NCBI GenBank assembly: GCA_037441965.1
Contig: JBBIRD010000001.1
Span: forward strand, 2,255 to 66,254
Length of the DNA stretch: 64,000 bases
DNA from: Candidatus Moraniibacteriota bacterium
GTDB taxonomy: Bacteria; Patescibacteriota; Minisyncoccia; Moranbacterales; UBA1568
Direction of reading: 5' to 3'
This document shows, one piece after another, positions 9,919-20,942 of this stretch (the first letter of the stretch is position 1; the number at the start of each line of letters is the position of its first letter). The position numbers and the translations under genes were made by a program. A model generated the notes under the pieces. The model was not told the DNA's origin. It ran no database searches and saw only the letters and a list, made by a program, of their open reading frames with translations.

Positions 9919-11886
9919 ATGCAAAAAATTATTTTTTTTGTTGTTGTGATTATTTTTGGGGGAGTTTTCTTTTTTTCTTCTTTACAAAAGAAAGAAGTGA
10001 GTCAAGTGTATTGGTTTATTCCTGATGGTATGAGAGCTGATCCTGATGTTTTTAATATATATAAATGGGCAAAGGAAGGAAAACTTCCCAATATCAAAAA
10101 ATTAATGGATCAAGGCTCTTATGGATATTCTATCCCTGATTTTCCATCTCATACTCCAACAAACTGGGCATCATTGATGACTGGAACGCATCCTGTGACA
10201 CATGGTATCTCTGATGGCCCTATGCATGTCGAAGGTTATCCTCTCGAAAAACCCTCTGTTGCTGGTTTTGGTTCTCAGGCGAAAAAGACGGATCCTATCT
10301 GGAAGACACTAGAGTCAGCAGGGAAGAAAGTAGCACTTCTCTCTATTCCTGGATCAACACCGCCAGAATTAAAAAATGGTATTACAATTCGTGGTCGCTG
10401 GGCTCCTTGGGGTTTTGATACGCCTGCTATCAATTTTGAACCAAAAGAGAAACTAGAAGAACGCAAATCCACAGGAAGAGGATTTAAGCTTTTTTATCTT
10501 GGGCAACAATTAACGCAATTTATTGATAAAAATACTCCTTCCGAATGGAGTTTTTCACCAGAATCATTCAGTCCGAGTATAGAGATGAAAATAAATGTGT
10601 ATGGTATGACGCTTTTTGGTCTTGTGATAGATAAAACTGATGATAATGAAATAAACTATGACTCTGTTGTATTCTCTTTTGATAAGAAAACAGAGATAAC
10701 GACATTGAAACAAGGAGAGTGGAGTGATTGGACACCGGTAACGCTCACTTTCAAGGAATCAACAGTGGCCTCCGATATGAAAATTAAGGTTATCAAACTG
10801 TGGAATACGGGTAATTTCCGTGTTCGTGTTTTCTTCAATAACGCAAATGAGTTTCTTACAGAACCATCTTCTGTAGCGAGAGAGATGACAACAGCGATTG
10901 GGCCGATGGTTGATTTTGTAGACAACTGGCCTGCTCAACTGATTTATGAAGAAGAGGATAAAGATACGTTTCTTGAAGAAGCTAATATGTCATTAGATTG
11001 GCACAAGAAAGCAGCTGGATTTATGTTGGATACTTACAAGCCAGACTTTTTCATACAAGATACTTATACCCCAAATCAGATGCTTGAAAGCAGGTGGTGG
11101 CACGGGAAAATAGCTGGTGAGAAAATGGATTATAACACACAAGATTCTGCATCATCTGAGTGGAATGATATTTACTCGATGTATAAAAAGTTAGACGATG
11201 TTCTTGGAGAGGCGATGAAACATCTTGATAAGAATGCTCTTATTGTTCTTTCGTCTGATCATGGCATTATCCCTATTTATAAACAAATAAAAATTAATAA
11301 TCTTTTCGCTCAAAAGGGTTGGCTTAAATATACTATCAATCAGACAACAGGAGAACCAACGATTGACTGGGAGCATAGTAAGGTTGTTTATCTTAAGATG
11401 GCATATGTCTACATCAAACCAGAAGGACTAGGTGGTCCTTGGAAAAGGGGATCAGGACCAGAATATGAGAAATTGCGTCAGGAGGTGATAGATGCTCTAA
11501 AGGAGGTAAAAGATGATAATGGTGTGAGCCCGATTACAGAAGTAGTCCGATGGGAAGATGCTCCCTCTTTCCTTGAATTACCAACGGACAGAATCGGAGA
11601 TTTAGTGCTTGAGGCTACCCCAGGGTATCAACTATGGGAAGAAGTTGATGCTAATCAGCAGATATTCGGTAATCCGTTAACAACAGGATACAAACAAGCA
11701 GTAGATCCAAAAACGACAAAAGGATTGTGGACCCCGTTTATTATTGCCGGTCCTGGTGTAAAACAAGGATATCAGATGACTGATCCTATTAGTCATATCG
11801 ATCAACTTCCAACCATACTTGATCTTCTTCATATTAATATTCCTACTGATGTTGTAGGAAAAGTACTGAAAGAAATTCTTAAGTAG
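9919..11886 (+). CDS. Type I phosphodiesterase/nucleotide pyrophosphatase family protein (alkaline phosphatase superfamily)
   Basis: PDGMRAD, PSHTPTNWASLMTG (Thr nucleophile) and SSDHG motifs; N-terminal anchor. Confidence 0.8.
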   Translation: MQKIIFFVVVIIFGGVFFFSSLQKKEVSQVYWFIPDGMRADPDVFNIYKWAKEGKLPNIKKLMDQGSYGYSIPDFPSHTPTNWASLMTGTHPVTHGISDGPMHVEGYPLEKPSVAGFGSQAKKTDPIWKTLESAGKKVALLSIPGSTPPELKNGITIRGRWAPWGFDTPAINFEPKEKLEERKSTGRGFKLFYLGQQLTQFIDKNTPSEWSFSPESFSPSIEMKINVYGMTLFGLVIDKTDDNEINYDSVVFSFDKKTEITTLKQGEWSDWTPVTLTFKESTVASDMKIKVIKLWNTGNFRVRVFFNNANEFLTEPSSVAREMTTAIGPMVDFVDNWPAQLIYEEEDKDTFLEEANMSLDWHKKAAGFMLDTYKPDFFIQDTYTPNQMLESRWWHGKIAGEKMDYNTQDSASSEWNDIYSMYKKLDDVLGEAMKHLDKNALIVLSSDHGIIPIYKQIKINNLFAQKGWLKYTINQTTGEPTIDWEHSKVVYLKMAYVYIKPEGLGGPWKRGSGPEYEKLRQEVIDALKEVKDDNGVSPITEVVRWEDAPSFLELPTDRIGDLVLEATPGYQLWEEVDANQQIFGNPLTTGYKQAVDPKTTKGLWTPFIIAGPGVKQGYQMTDPISHIDQLPTILDLLHINIPTDVVGKVLKEILK

Positions 11887-11951
11887 ATGCAGAGAAAAAG
11901 AAAGAGTCTTATCTTTTTTACCAGTGAAGGATTCTTAATGAAGAGAGATTA

Positions 11952-13040
11952 TTATCTCTCTTCATTGTATATTTTCTCGACGAAACTATTGTCTATATAT
12001 TGACGGAGATCAGCCTTCTTATCGATAGAGTGGTATTTGAACATAAGATCCTGCATTTCATTGAGAAGATCGATCGATACAGTTGGGTACAGGTCATAAT
12101 GCGGGGTATTCATACCATATTTTTCCCCTAGTTGAATATTGCTTCGAGTTTCTTTTATTGAGATTGCTGGGTTATTTTCTTTTGTTATATTCTGTTCGAA
12201 TCGGATTCTCTTCATATATGTTCGAACGATATGTTCAACTATTTCCGGATGATCTTTGATAAAATCTCGACGGAAAACAAGGAGGGCGTGTGAGAGTTCT
12301 GGATTAACCCAATCGAGTCTATGATAAATATACGCTTGTCCATTGTCCACCATATCGTAAAATTGTGTGAGATGGAAATATCCACCATCTGCTTCGCCAC
12401 TGATGATTTGATTTCTATATTCGTCATCATCTACTTGATCGTTGATGGTTACATCTTTCTCTTGAATGCCGATAGAGTTTAAAAATTCTCGTAAAAATAT
12501 CGCATCTCCTGGTCCTGATCTTCTCGTTACCAATGTTTTTCCTTTGATATCCTCAGGTTTTTTTATAGTGACACCGGTTCGAAATATAATCGCGTGACCT
12601 GGAAGATCTTTTGCATCATGTCCAAGTTCTGCGACTGCTACCATATCTATGCCTTGTATAATACCTTTAATGAAAGAACTTTCTCCTGGTGTCGATCCCT
12701 CCGCTTCCCCATCATTCATTTTCTTGAGCAATTCTTCACCTGTTGCTTTTGCAGCGTTTTCTTTATTTTCTATACTGTCATATTGTTTCGAAAGAATGTA
12801 GTAATTACTATTATCTCTTAGCGAGTGAGTAATAAACTGGACGGAAATGTTGTCAGTATCGAATTCATTCTCTGCGTATGCTCGATATAAGAGAGAAGTT
12901 CTTCCTCCAAGAAAATATGCAATTGAAATATCTTTGTGCACCTCTTGTTTTTTATCATTGTGGAAATACAAAGTTCCAACGATGATAACGGATCCGATGA
13001 GGAATATGAAGAATATTTTATGGTGCAGAAAATGAAGCAT
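11952..13040 (-). CDS. ABC-type substrate-binding protein, SsuA/TauA/NMT1(THI5)-like
   Basis: N-terminal TM; IKKPEDIKGKTL, LLVFRRDFIKDHPE and YIDNSFVE signatures. Confidence 0.75.
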   Translation of the reverse strand: MLHFLHHKIFFIFLIGSVIIVGTLYFHNDKKQEVHKDISIAYFLGGRTSLLYRAYAENEFDTDNISVQFITHSLRDNSNYYILSKQYDSIENKENAAKATGEELLKKMNDGEAEGSTPGESSFIKGIIQGIDMVAVAELGHDAKDLPGHAIIFRTGVTIKKPEDIKGKTLVTRRSGPGDAIFLREFLNSIGIQEKDVTINDQVDDDEYRNQIISGEADGGYFHLTQFYDMVDNGQAYIYHRLDWVNPELSHALLVFRRDFIKDHPEIVEHIVRTYMKRIRFEQNITKENNPAISIKETRSNIQLGEKYGMNTPHYDLYPTVSIDLLNEMQDLMFKYHSIDKKADLRQYIDNSFVEKIYNEER

Positions 13041-13168
13041 AGTGTCGTTTCTATACAGTTGTGTTATGTCTCTTCACTTGTTTGTATTATACCACAGTTC
13101 CTCTGAGTAGAAGGATTTTCTTAAAAGTATGGTAGAGAGCATTTTTGAGTGATTTCTGTGGTATGGGG

Positions 13169-13197
13169 TTGACAAGGATAATGCTTTTCGATAGTAT
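13169..13197 (+). promoter_or_regulatory. Sigma70-type promoter of the str operon
   Basis: TTGACA-17 bp-TAGTAT upstream of rpsL. Confidence 0.7.
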
Positions 13198-13278
13198 AGA
13201 CAGTACGAAAAGCAACAGGCTTTTTTGTTTCTTTATGAGAAACATTTTTTCTTAAATAATCTTAATTTTTTTACTCCT

Positions 13279-13695
13279 GTGGCAACGATCAACCAGCTCA
13301 TCAAACACCCTCGCGCTTCTGCTGTGAAGAAGTCAAAATCACCAGCAATGACTTATTCTATCAATAGTATCAAGAATCGCAATACGCTTCACGATAGCCC
13401 TTTCAAACGAGGTGTGTGTATCAAGGTGTCTACAACTACTCCGAAGAAACCAAACTCTGCTCTCCGAAAAATCGCTCGTGTCCGTCTGACAAATGGTATG
13501 GAAGTTACTGCCTATATTCCTGGTGAAGGGCACAATCTTCAGGAGCACTCTATTGTTATGATTCGTGGCGGTCGCGTGAAAGACTTGCCAGGAGTCAGAT
13601 ATCACATTGTACGTGGTATTTTCGATTCTGCAGGTGTCGCACGCAAGCAGAGTCGTTCCAAATACGGTGCGAAGAAAGAAAAGAAGAAAGATTAA
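13279..13695 (+). CDS. rpsL: 30S ribosomal protein uS12
   Basis: GTG start (ATINQL); [11 protein letters not shown] and [12 protein letters not shown]. Confidence 0.98.
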   Translation: MATINQLIKHPRASAVKKSKSPAMTYSINSIKNRNTLHDSPFKRGVCIKVSTTTPKKPNSALRKIARVRLTNGMEVTAYIPGEGHNLQEHSIVMIRGGRVKDLPGVRYHIVRGIFDSAGVARKQSRSKYGAKKEKKKD

Positions 13696-13723
13696 TTTTA
13701 TTTTGAAGTCTTAGAACGAAATT

Positions 13724-14191
13724 ATGCCAAGAAGAAAACGACAATTTACACGCGAATGGAAACCAGATACCTTGTATGGTAATTCTTTGGTAGGCCATTT
13801 CGTCGGTATGATAATGTGGAACGGAAAGAGAAGTGTCGCAGAGAGAGTTGTTTATGATTCTTTCGACATTATTCACGAACGCACGAGGAAAGGTGGTCTT
13901 AATACTTTTGAACAGGCTATCAAGAATGTTTCTCCACTCCTACAATTGAAATCTCGTCGTGTCGGTGGTGCAAATTATCAGGTGCCAGTACCAGTATCAG
14001 GAGATCGTCGACAAGTCCTCGCGATGCGTTGGATACGCGATGTCTGTCGTAAGCGCAAAGGAAAATGTATGGCAGAGAAATTAGCAGATGAACTCCTTGA
14101 TGCTTCGAACAAAGTCGGTTCTGCTATGAAGAAACGAGAAGAAACACATCGTATGGCCGAGGCCAACAAAGCTTTTGCTCACTTTGCCTAA
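13724..14191 (+). CDS. rpsG: 30S ribosomal protein uS7
   Basis: SRRVGGANYQVP and HRMAEANKAFAHF. Confidence 0.98.
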   Translation: MPRRKRQFTREWKPDTLYGNSLVGHFVGMIMWNGKRSVAERVVYDSFDIIHERTRKGGLNTFEQAIKNVSPLLQLKSRRVGGANYQVPVPVSGDRRQVLAMRWIRDVCRKRKGKCMAEKLADELLDASNKVGSAMKKREETHRMAEANKAFAHFA

Positions 14192-14201
14192 AGAATATTT
14201 G

Positions 14202-14269
14202 AGATTTACGATAATGGAAGAATGGGAACAAGGGAGTTTTCTTCTCACGGCATCGTAAATCTTTTTTTT
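14202..14269 (+). terminator. Long hairpin plus T-tract between rpsG and fusA
   Basis: AGATTTACGAT/ATCGTAAATCT inverted repeat followed by a T run. Confidence 0.5.
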
Positions 14270-14299
14270 ACATAATATATAAATACTAATTTTTTGTTT

Positions 14300-16405
14300 A
14301 TGGCTCGCAAAACACCTATCGATCACTATCGTAACATCGGAATTATCGCTCATATCGACGCTGGAAAGACGACGACAACGGAGCGCATTTTGTTTTACAC
14401 GGGCATCACTCACAAGATAGGTGAAGTACACGAAGGTGCAGCGACTATGGACTGGATGGAGCAGGAACAAGAACGCGGTATCACTATCACATCTGCTGCA
14501 ACAACATGTTTTTGGAAGGGTCATCATATCAATATCATTGATACTCCTGGTCACGTAGACTTCACCGTAGAAGTAGAACGATCACTGCGTGTGCTCGATG
14601 GCGGAGTAGTAGTATTTGATGGCAAGGAAGGCGTTGAACCACAATCTGAAACCGTGTGGCGTCAAGCAGAAAAATACAATGTTCCTCGTATGTGTTTCAT
14701 TAACAAGATTGACAAAGAAGGAGCTGTTTTCGAAGAAGCTCTTGATTCTATTATCAATCGTTTGACTCCACACGCCGTAGCTATCCAGTATCCGATGGGA
14801 TTGCGAGGTGACTTTTATGGACTCATCGATCTGATGACGATGAAAGCGTATACTTTCGAGGGTGAAATGGGAGAGAAAGTAGTGGAAATAGCGGTGCCAG
14901 AAGAATATGCTGTAACTGCAAAAGAATGGCGTGAAAAAATGGTTGAAAAGATTTCTGAAACAGATGATGCTTTGACTGAAAAATACTTAAATGGCGAAGA
15001 GATCACCGTAGAAGAACTCAAATCTGCTCTTCGCAGAGCTACTATATCAGTGAAACTTCACCCAGTTCTCGTAGGGACAGCTCTTCGTAACAAAGGTGTG
15101 CAATTGATGCTTGATGCTGTGGTAGATTATTTACCATCACCAGTTGATATTCCTCCAGTTGCTTGTATTGATGCGAAAACTGACAAAGAAGTCGTTCGTG
15201 AAACGAGAGATGATGAAAAGTTTTCTGCTCTTGCTTTCAAGATCGCTACGGATCCTTTTGTTGGTCAATTAACTTTTTTCCGTGTGTATTCCGGTACTGT
15301 GAAAGCAGGTTCTTATGTACTCAATTCTACAAAAAATGAAAAAGAACGTATCGGACGCATTCTCCGTATGCATGCCAATCATCGTGAAGAAATCGATGAG
15401 TTGACTGCAGGTGATATAGGAGCGCTGGTCGGTATGAAAGTAACGACAACAGGTAATACATTGTGTGATCCTGATGCTCCGGTTATTCTTGAGTCGATCA
15501 CCTTTCCGGAACCAGTGATTGATATTTCTATCGAACCAAAGACGAAAGCTGATCAGGAAAAGATGGGTGTCGCTTTGAAAAAATTACTTGAAGAAGATCC
15601 GACATTCCGTGTTCATACTGATGAGGAAACAGGACAGACTATTATGTCTGGTATGGGAGAGCTTCACCTCGATATTCTTGTGGATCGTATGAAGCGTGAG
15701 TTCAAAGTTGAAGTCAATGTTGGTCGTCCTCAGGTAGCGTATCGCGAAACGATTCGTAACACGGCAGAAGCCGAAGGAAAATTTATCAGACAGTCAGGTG
15801 GTCGTGGACAGTATGGGCATTGTTTTCTTCGTGTCGAACCACAAGCTGAACCGGGTATGGGATACGAATTTGCCAATGAAGTGAAGGGTGGCGCTATTCC
15901 TCAAGAGTTTATCAAACCAATTGATAAAGGTATCCAAGAAGCAATGTTGACAGGTGTTCTTGCAGGGTATCCAATGGTTGATATTAAAGCCACTGTTTTC
16001 GATGGATCTTATCATGATGTCGACTCATCTGAGGCTGCATTCCGTATTGCTGGATCGATGGCTTTCAAAGATGGTTGTCGAAAAGCTCACCCTGTTCTTC
16101 TCGAACCGATTATGAAAGTAGTAGTGATTACTCCAGAACAATTTATGGGTGATATTGTAGGAGATATTTCTTCGAAACGCGGTGTGATCAAAGAAATGAA
16201 TGCTCGTGGTGAAGGAGCTTCGGCAGTCAAAGAATTGCATGCTGAGGTGCCACTTTCTTCGATGTTTGGATATGCAACGCAGATGCGTTCGATGTCACAA
16301 GGACGAGCGAATTACTCGATGGAATTTGGTCATTATGCTGAAGTTCCAAGCAATGTAGCAACAGAAATCATCGGTTCTCGCACTCCTTCTGGTGAAGCAA
16401 AATAG
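14300..16405 (+). CDS. fusA: Elongation factor G
   Basis: [26 protein letters not shown] and NKID motifs. Confidence 0.99.
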   Translation: MARKTPIDHYRNIGIIAHIDAGKTTTTERILFYTGITHKIGEVHEGAATMDWMEQEQERGITITSAATTCFWKGHHINIIDTPGHVDFTVEVERSLRVLDGGVVVFDGKEGVEPQSETVWRQAEKYNVPRMCFINKIDKEGAVFEEALDSIINRLTPHAVAIQYPMGLRGDFYGLIDLMTMKAYTFEGEMGEKVVEIAVPEEYAVTAKEWREKMVEKISETDDALTEKYLNGEEITVEELKSALRRATISVKLHPVLVGTALRNKGVQLMLDAVVDYLPSPVDIPPVACIDAKTDKEVVRETRDDEKFSALAFKIATDPFVGQLTFFRVYSGTVKAGSYVLNSTKNEKERIGRILRMHANHREEIDELTAGDIGALVGMKVTTTGNTLCDPDAPVILESITFPEPVIDISIEPKTKADQEKMGVALKKLLEEDPTFRVHTDEETGQTIMSGMGELHLDILVDRMKREFKVEVNVGRPQVAYRETIRNTAEAEGKFIRQSGGRGQYGHCFLRVEPQAEPGMGYEFANEVKGGAIPQEFIKPIDKGIQEAMLTGVLAGYPMVDIKATVFDGSYHDVDSSEAAFRIAGSMAFKDGCRKAHPVLLEPIMKVVVITPEQFMGDIVGDISSKRGVIKEMNARGEGASAVKELHAEVPLSSMFGYATQMRSMSQGRANYSMEFGHYAEVPSNVATEIIGSRTPSGEAK

Positions 16406-16432
16406 AGAAAAGAAAAAGAAAAGCATCAGCAC

Positions 16433-16461
16433 TTGACAGAGAGAATACAAGTTGCTATCAT
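16433..16461 (+). promoter_or_regulatory. Sigma70-type promoter for tuf
   Basis: TTGACA-17 bp-TATCAT with TG just upstream of the -10. Confidence 0.7.
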
Positions 16462-16610
16462 AGCGAGTGATGCTTTTGTCTAAGCTTCTTTCATTTTTTA
16501 TGAAAGAAAATTGGTAAAAAGAAGAGTAATAAATATAATTTGTAATCATTAGGAGAACGCATCGTTTGCCTTTTAGTAGAAAGGCTTATGCAACTCATAC
16601 GATAACATAT

Positions 16611-17801
16611 ATGGCAGAGCAATTTGATCGCAGTAAACCACACGTAAACGTCGGTACCATTGGTCACGTCGATCATGGAAAGACAACTTTGACCGCTGCT
16701 ATTTTGCATGTGCAAAGTTTGACTGGTTTAGCAAAAGAAAAAGGTATTGATGAAATTGATAAAGCTCCAGAAGAGCGTGAGCGTGGTATTACCATTGCTA
16801 CTGCTCATTGTGAATATGAGACTGCTTCTCGTCATTACGCACACGTAGACTGTCCTGGTCACGCTGATTATATCAAAAATATGATCACTGGTGCTGCACA
16901 GATGGACGGTGCTATTCTCGTTGTTTCCGCAACAGATGGTCCTATGCCACAAACTCGTGAACACATTCTCTTGGCTCGTCAGGTAGGTGTTCCTGCTATT
17001 GTTGTTTTCCTCAACAAAGTTGATATGGTAGATGATGAAGAACTCGTCGAACTTGTTGAAGCAGAAGTACGTGAACTCTTGTCGAAATATGAATTTGATG
17101 GGGATAAGGCGGTTGTTGTTCGTGGAAGTGCTCTCAAGGCTTTGAATGCAAAATCAGCTGATGATCCAGATGCAAAATGTATCGCTGATCTTATGAAAGC
17201 GATCGATGAAAATATTCCACAACCAGTTCGTGATTTGGACAAACCATTCCTTCTTCCAATCGAAGATATCTTCTCTATTGAAGGTCGTGGTACAGTAGTA
17301 ACCGGACGCATTGAGCGTGGTGTTATCAATCTTAACGATGAAGTAGAAATTGTCGGTATTCACGATACAACAAAAACAGTCGTAACTGGTATCGAAATGT
17401 TCAACAAATCTCTCAATCGTGGTGAATGTGGTGACAATGCAGGTTTACTGATTCGTGGTATCAAGAAAGAAGATGTTGAACGCGGTCAAGTACTTGCTAA
17501 AGTTGGTTCTATCACTCCTCATACCGAATTTGAAGGTGAAGTATATGTACTCTCCAAAGAAGAAGGTGGACGACATACTCCATTTTTCAAAGGGTACAAA
17601 CCACAGTTTTATATCCGCACAACAGATGTGACTGGTGAAGTAGAACTTCCAGAAGGAACAGAAATGGTAATGCCTGGCGATACAGTGAAATTGAAAATCA
17701 AACTTCTCGCTCCAGTAGCTATGGAAGATGGTATGCGATTCGCTATTCGTGAAGGTGGTCGTACTGTCGGTGCCGGTGTAGTAACGAAGATTATCAAATA
17801 G
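16611..17801 (+). CDS. tuf: Elongation factor Tu
   Basis: [17 protein letters not shown] and [10 protein letters not shown]; ATG start at MAEQF. Confidence 0.99.
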   Translation: MAEQFDRSKPHVNVGTIGHVDHGKTTLTAAILHVQSLTGLAKEKGIDEIDKAPEERERGITIATAHCEYETASRHYAHVDCPGHADYIKNMITGAAQMDGAILVVSATDGPMPQTREHILLARQVGVPAIVVFLNKVDMVDDEELVELVEAEVRELLSKYEFDGDKAVVVRGSALKALNAKSADDPDAKCIADLMKAIDENIPQPVRDLDKPFLLPIEDIFSIEGRGTVVTGRIERGVINLNDEVEIVGIHDTTKTVVTGIEMFNKSLNRGECGDNAGLLIRGIKKEDVERGQVLAKVGSITPHTEFEGEVYVLSKEEGGRHTPFFKGYKPQFYIRTTDVTGEVELPEGTEMVMPGDTVKLKIKLLAPVAMEDGMRFAIREGGRTVGAGVVTKIIK

Positions 17802-17912
17802 ATTTTTAGTGAAGGAAGAGTCCTTCAGGGAATTGAGTGAAGAGTAATCGCAGTGATTACTCTCACGATTATTCTCTTCAGAGAGAATATGTACATACTT
17901 TAAAACGACGCA

Positions 17913-18239
17913 ATGAAAAAGACAGAAACAACGCAAGAGATGCGTGTGAGAATTAAAATCAAGGCTTACGATCACAAAGTGATTGACCAATCTGCGAGAA
18001 AGATTGTTGAAACAGCAGAACGCACCGGAGCGTTGATTACCGGTCCGGTACCGCTTCCAACAGAAATTCACAAAGTAACTGTCAATCGTTCGACATTCGT
18101 ACATAAGAACTCGAGAGATCAATACGAAATGCGTGTACACAAAAGACTGATTGATATATTGAACCCTACTGCTAAGACTATCGAAAACCTCACAAATCTT
18201 GATTTACCAGCAGGGGTGGACGTAGAGATAAAAATGTAG
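17913..18239 (+). CDS. rpsJ: 30S ribosomal protein uS10
   Basis: [16 protein letters not shown] and LPAGVDVEI. Confidence 0.98.
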   Translation: MKKTETTQEMRVRIKIKAYDHKVIDQSARKIVETAERTGALITGPVPLPTEIHKVTVNRSTFVHKNSRDQYEMRVHKRLIDILNPTAKTIENLTNLDLPAGVDVEIKM

Positions 18240-18274
18240 TAGTATAAAGAGTGCTCAGAAAAAAAGATAAAAAA

Positions 18275-18373
18275 CTCGTTCAAGTCCTCTCTTCTTTGTA
18301 AGTAAGAGAAAGGATACTAAGCGAGCCATGTTTGTAAGAACTGGCTGTGTCTTAGAAGAAGGCCGGTTTTTTT
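18275..18373 (+). promoter_or_regulatory. Putative attenuator/ribosomal-protein leader RNA upstream of rplC
   Basis: Hairpin at 18275-18325; terminator-like AACTGGC/GCCGGTT plus T-run; alternative AGCCA/TGGCT pairing. Confidence 0.5.
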
Positions 18374-18406
18374 GTTATCAAATACATTTGTTTAAGTAGT
18401 ACAGTT

Positions 18407-19015
18407 ATGAAATTCCTCATCGGAAAAAAACTCGGTATGACAACGCTTTTTGATGAAACAAAGGGTGCTTTGAATGTGACTTTGATTGCTTGCGAAGAAA
18501 ACACCGTGAAACTGAATCGTGTTTTTGAAAAAGATGGTTATCTTGCCGTACAATTGGAGACACAAAAGACAAATAAGAAAACTATTCGTAAGGAGTTTCG
18601 TGTTGATAAAGCGGTAACGATTGAATCAGAGCGTCCTAAAATGGCAGTTGAACTTGAAAAATATCCTGTTGATACCAAACTTGATGCTTCTCTCTTCGAA
18701 GTAGGAGATGTAGTAAATGTTGCAGGTGTGACGAAGGCTAAAGGATTTCAAGGACCAGTAAAAAGATACGGATTTGCAGGTGGACGCAAGACTCATGGTG
18801 GTAAACACGATTTACGCAAACCAGGATCTATCGGAGCAACATTCCCAGAACATGTGGTGAAGGGACGCCGTATGGCTGGACGAATGGGCGGTGTGAATAT
18901 GACTGCTTTGAATCTCCATATTGTTTATGTAAATAAAGAAGAAGGAGTTATCGGTGTGAAAGGTGCTGTTCCAGGAGTGAACGGACGCATTGTCAAAATA
19001 ACGAGTGTGAAATAA
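18407..19015 (+). CDS. rplC: 50S ribosomal protein uL3
   Basis: GKKLGMT, KGFQGPVKR and GRRMAGRMG. Confidence 0.97.
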   Translation: MKFLIGKKLGMTTLFDETKGALNVTLIACEENTVKLNRVFEKDGYLAVQLETQKTNKKTIRKEFRVDKAVTIESERPKMAVELEKYPVDTKLDASLFEVGDVVNVAGVTKAKGFQGPVKRYGFAGGRKTHGGKHDLRKPGSIGATFPEHVVKGRRMAGRMGGVNMTALNLHIVYVNKEEGVIGVKGAVPGVNGRIVKITSVK

Positions 19016-19023
19016 GCGAACTT

Positions 19024-19677
19024 ATGACAAAGATTACGGTAAAAAATATAGCAGGTAAAGATGTAAGAGAAATAGAACTTCCAGAGTTTATTTTCAATGT
19101 ACCTTCAAACGATACTCTTTTGCATCAGATTTATGTGGCTCAATCGGCCAACCTACGCAGTCCTATCGCTCACACAAAAGATCGTGGTGAACGAAGTGGT
19201 TCTGGTATCAAACCATGGCGTCAGAAAGGTACTGGTCGCGCTCGTGCTGGTTCTGCTCAGAGTCCTTTGTGGCGTAAAGGTGGCGTAACCTTTGGTCCAA
19301 CAAAAGATCGTAATTTTAGCAAAGATACCAATCAGAAAATGCGTCAAAAGGCAGTAATGATTGCTCTTTCCGAAAAGATTCGTTCTGAAAAAATGATTGT
19401 TGTTGATACTTTGAATTATTCTGAGAAGAAAACAAAATTATTTGCAGAGACTCTGAAAGCATTTGGTATTACAGGACGCAGTATGGTTCTTTCTTTGACA
19501 GGAGATGAGCGATTTATGGCTGTGATGAGTCGTAATATTCCAAAAATCGACAATATTCCAACAGAAATGCTGAGTGTTATGAGTCTTCTCGATCGAGAAT
19601 ATCTCTTGATGACAGAAGCTGGTGTAGAAAGTCTCAAACATCGTTTTGCTCAGTGGAATAAACAAGAGACCAAGTAA
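19024..19677 (+). CDS. rplD: 50S ribosomal protein uL4
   Basis: KPWRQKGTGRARAGS and GGVTFGP. Confidence 0.97.
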   Translation: MTKITVKNIAGKDVREIELPEFIFNVPSNDTLLHQIYVAQSANLRSPIAHTKDRGERSGSGIKPWRQKGTGRARAGSAQSPLWRKGGVTFGPTKDRNFSKDTNQKMRQKAVMIALSEKIRSEKMIVVDTLNYSEKKTKLFAETLKAFGITGRSMVLSLTGDERFMAVMSRNIPKIDNIPTEMLSVMSLLDREYLLMTEAGVESLKHRFAQWNKQETK

Positions 19678-19686
19678 TATAATTGT

Positions 19687-20070
19687 ATGGCATTATTCAA
19701 AAGTAAAGCTACAACTGAAGAGAAAGGAGAAAAGAAAGAAAAAGAAGTTTCTTCAAAGAAGACAAAGAGTATGAAACAAAGCTCTTTTGCAGGACACATT
19801 CTTTCTCGACCACGAGTAACAGAAAAAGCATACGCTCTGAATGCTTTGAATCAATATGTTTTTGTTATTACGAAAGAAGCGACAAAGACTTCTGTAAAAC
19901 GAGCAGTGGAAGATGTGTATGGTGTAAGTGTTGAGAAAGTTCGTATTGTGAAGCTTCCTGCTCAGAAACGTGTATTTGGAAAAAATATAGGAACAAAATC
20001 TGCAATCAAGAAAGCTATCGTTAGCGTGAAAAAAGGACAGACAATAGAACTTTTTAAAGGTGGTATGTAA
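19687..20070 (+). CDS. rplW: 50S ribosomal protein uL23 with N-terminal extension
   Basis: PRVTEKA and KKAIV; operon position. Confidence 0.93.
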   Translation: MALFKSKATTEEKGEKKEKEVSSKKTKSMKQSSFAGHILSRPRVTEKAYALNALNQYVFVITKEATKTSVKRAVEDVYGVSVEKVRIVKLPAQKRVFGKNIGTKSAIKKAIVSVKKGQTIELFKGGM

Positions 20071-20094
20071 TCTCAACTTCGGTAGAAAAATATT

Positions 20095-20922
20095 ATGGCA
20101 ATTAAGATCTACAAAAAGAATAATGCAGGACGACGCAATATGTCAGTAGTCAAACCAGAAGGAGTGACTGACAGAGCGCCAGAGAAATCTTTGCTTGCGC
20201 CTCTTCCTCGCAAAGCAGGCCGATCAGGAGGAAAGATTTCTGTTCGCCACCAGGGTGGTGGAGTGAAGCGTATGTATCGCATCATTGATTTTCGTCAAGA
20301 CAAATATAATATTCCTGGTCGTATTGCAAGTATTGAAAAAGATCCGAATCGTTCCTGTCTTATTGCTCTTGTACATTATGCTGATGGAGAAAAAAGATAT
20401 ATATTGGCAACCAATGAAATGCGTCAGGGTCAAGAGATTCTTTCAGGAGAAGTCACTCCGATTGTGAATGGAAATCGTCTTCTTCTCAAAAATATCCCCA
20501 TTGGTACGGCTATTTGCAATATCGAAATGAAAATCGGAAAAGGTGGACAAATTGTACGCAGTGCAGGGACACAAGCGTCACTGATGGCACTTGACGGACC
20601 GATGGCGCAGATCAAACTCGCTTCAGGGGAAATCCGCTTGATAAGTAAAGATTGCTATGCTACTATCGGACAAGTGAGTAATTTTGAACACAGTGCTGAA
20701 AGAATTGGAAAAGCAGGACGCGCTCGACATATGAATCATCGTCCGGTGGTTCGTGGTACAGCTATGAACCCTGTTGATCACCCACATGGTGGTGGAGAAG
20801 GACGACAACCATTAGGTATGCATCCGAAGACTCCATGGGGTAAGCCAGCACTCGGAAAGAAAACAAGAAAACGAAAGAATATTACGAGTAAATATATTGT
20901 AAAGCGTCGTCAGAAGAAATAG
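20095..20922 (+). CDS. rplB: 50S ribosomal protein uL2
   Basis: DPNRS and RGTAMNPVDHPHGGGEG. Confidence 0.98.
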   Translation: MAIKIYKKNNAGRRNMSVVKPEGVTDRAPEKSLLAPLPRKAGRSGGKISVRHQGGGVKRMYRIIDFRQDKYNIPGRIASIEKDPNRSCLIALVHYADGEKRYILATNEMRQGQEILSGEVTPIVNGNRLLLKNIPIGTAICNIEMKIGKGGQIVRSAGTQASLMALDGPMAQIKLASGEIRLISKDCYATIGQVSNFEHSAERIGKAGRARHMNHRPVVRGTAMNPVDHPHGGGEGRQPLGMHPKTPWGKPALGKKTRKRKNITSKYIVKRRQKK

Positions 20923-20942
20923 TATTATAATAGAGAAAATCT

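Noticed and set aside
13225-13278. Upstream TTG starts given for rpsL (likewise fusA, tuf, rplF, rnj, ychF)
   Set aside because: Homology begins at downstream ATG/GTG codons; the extensions are ORF-caller artefacts.
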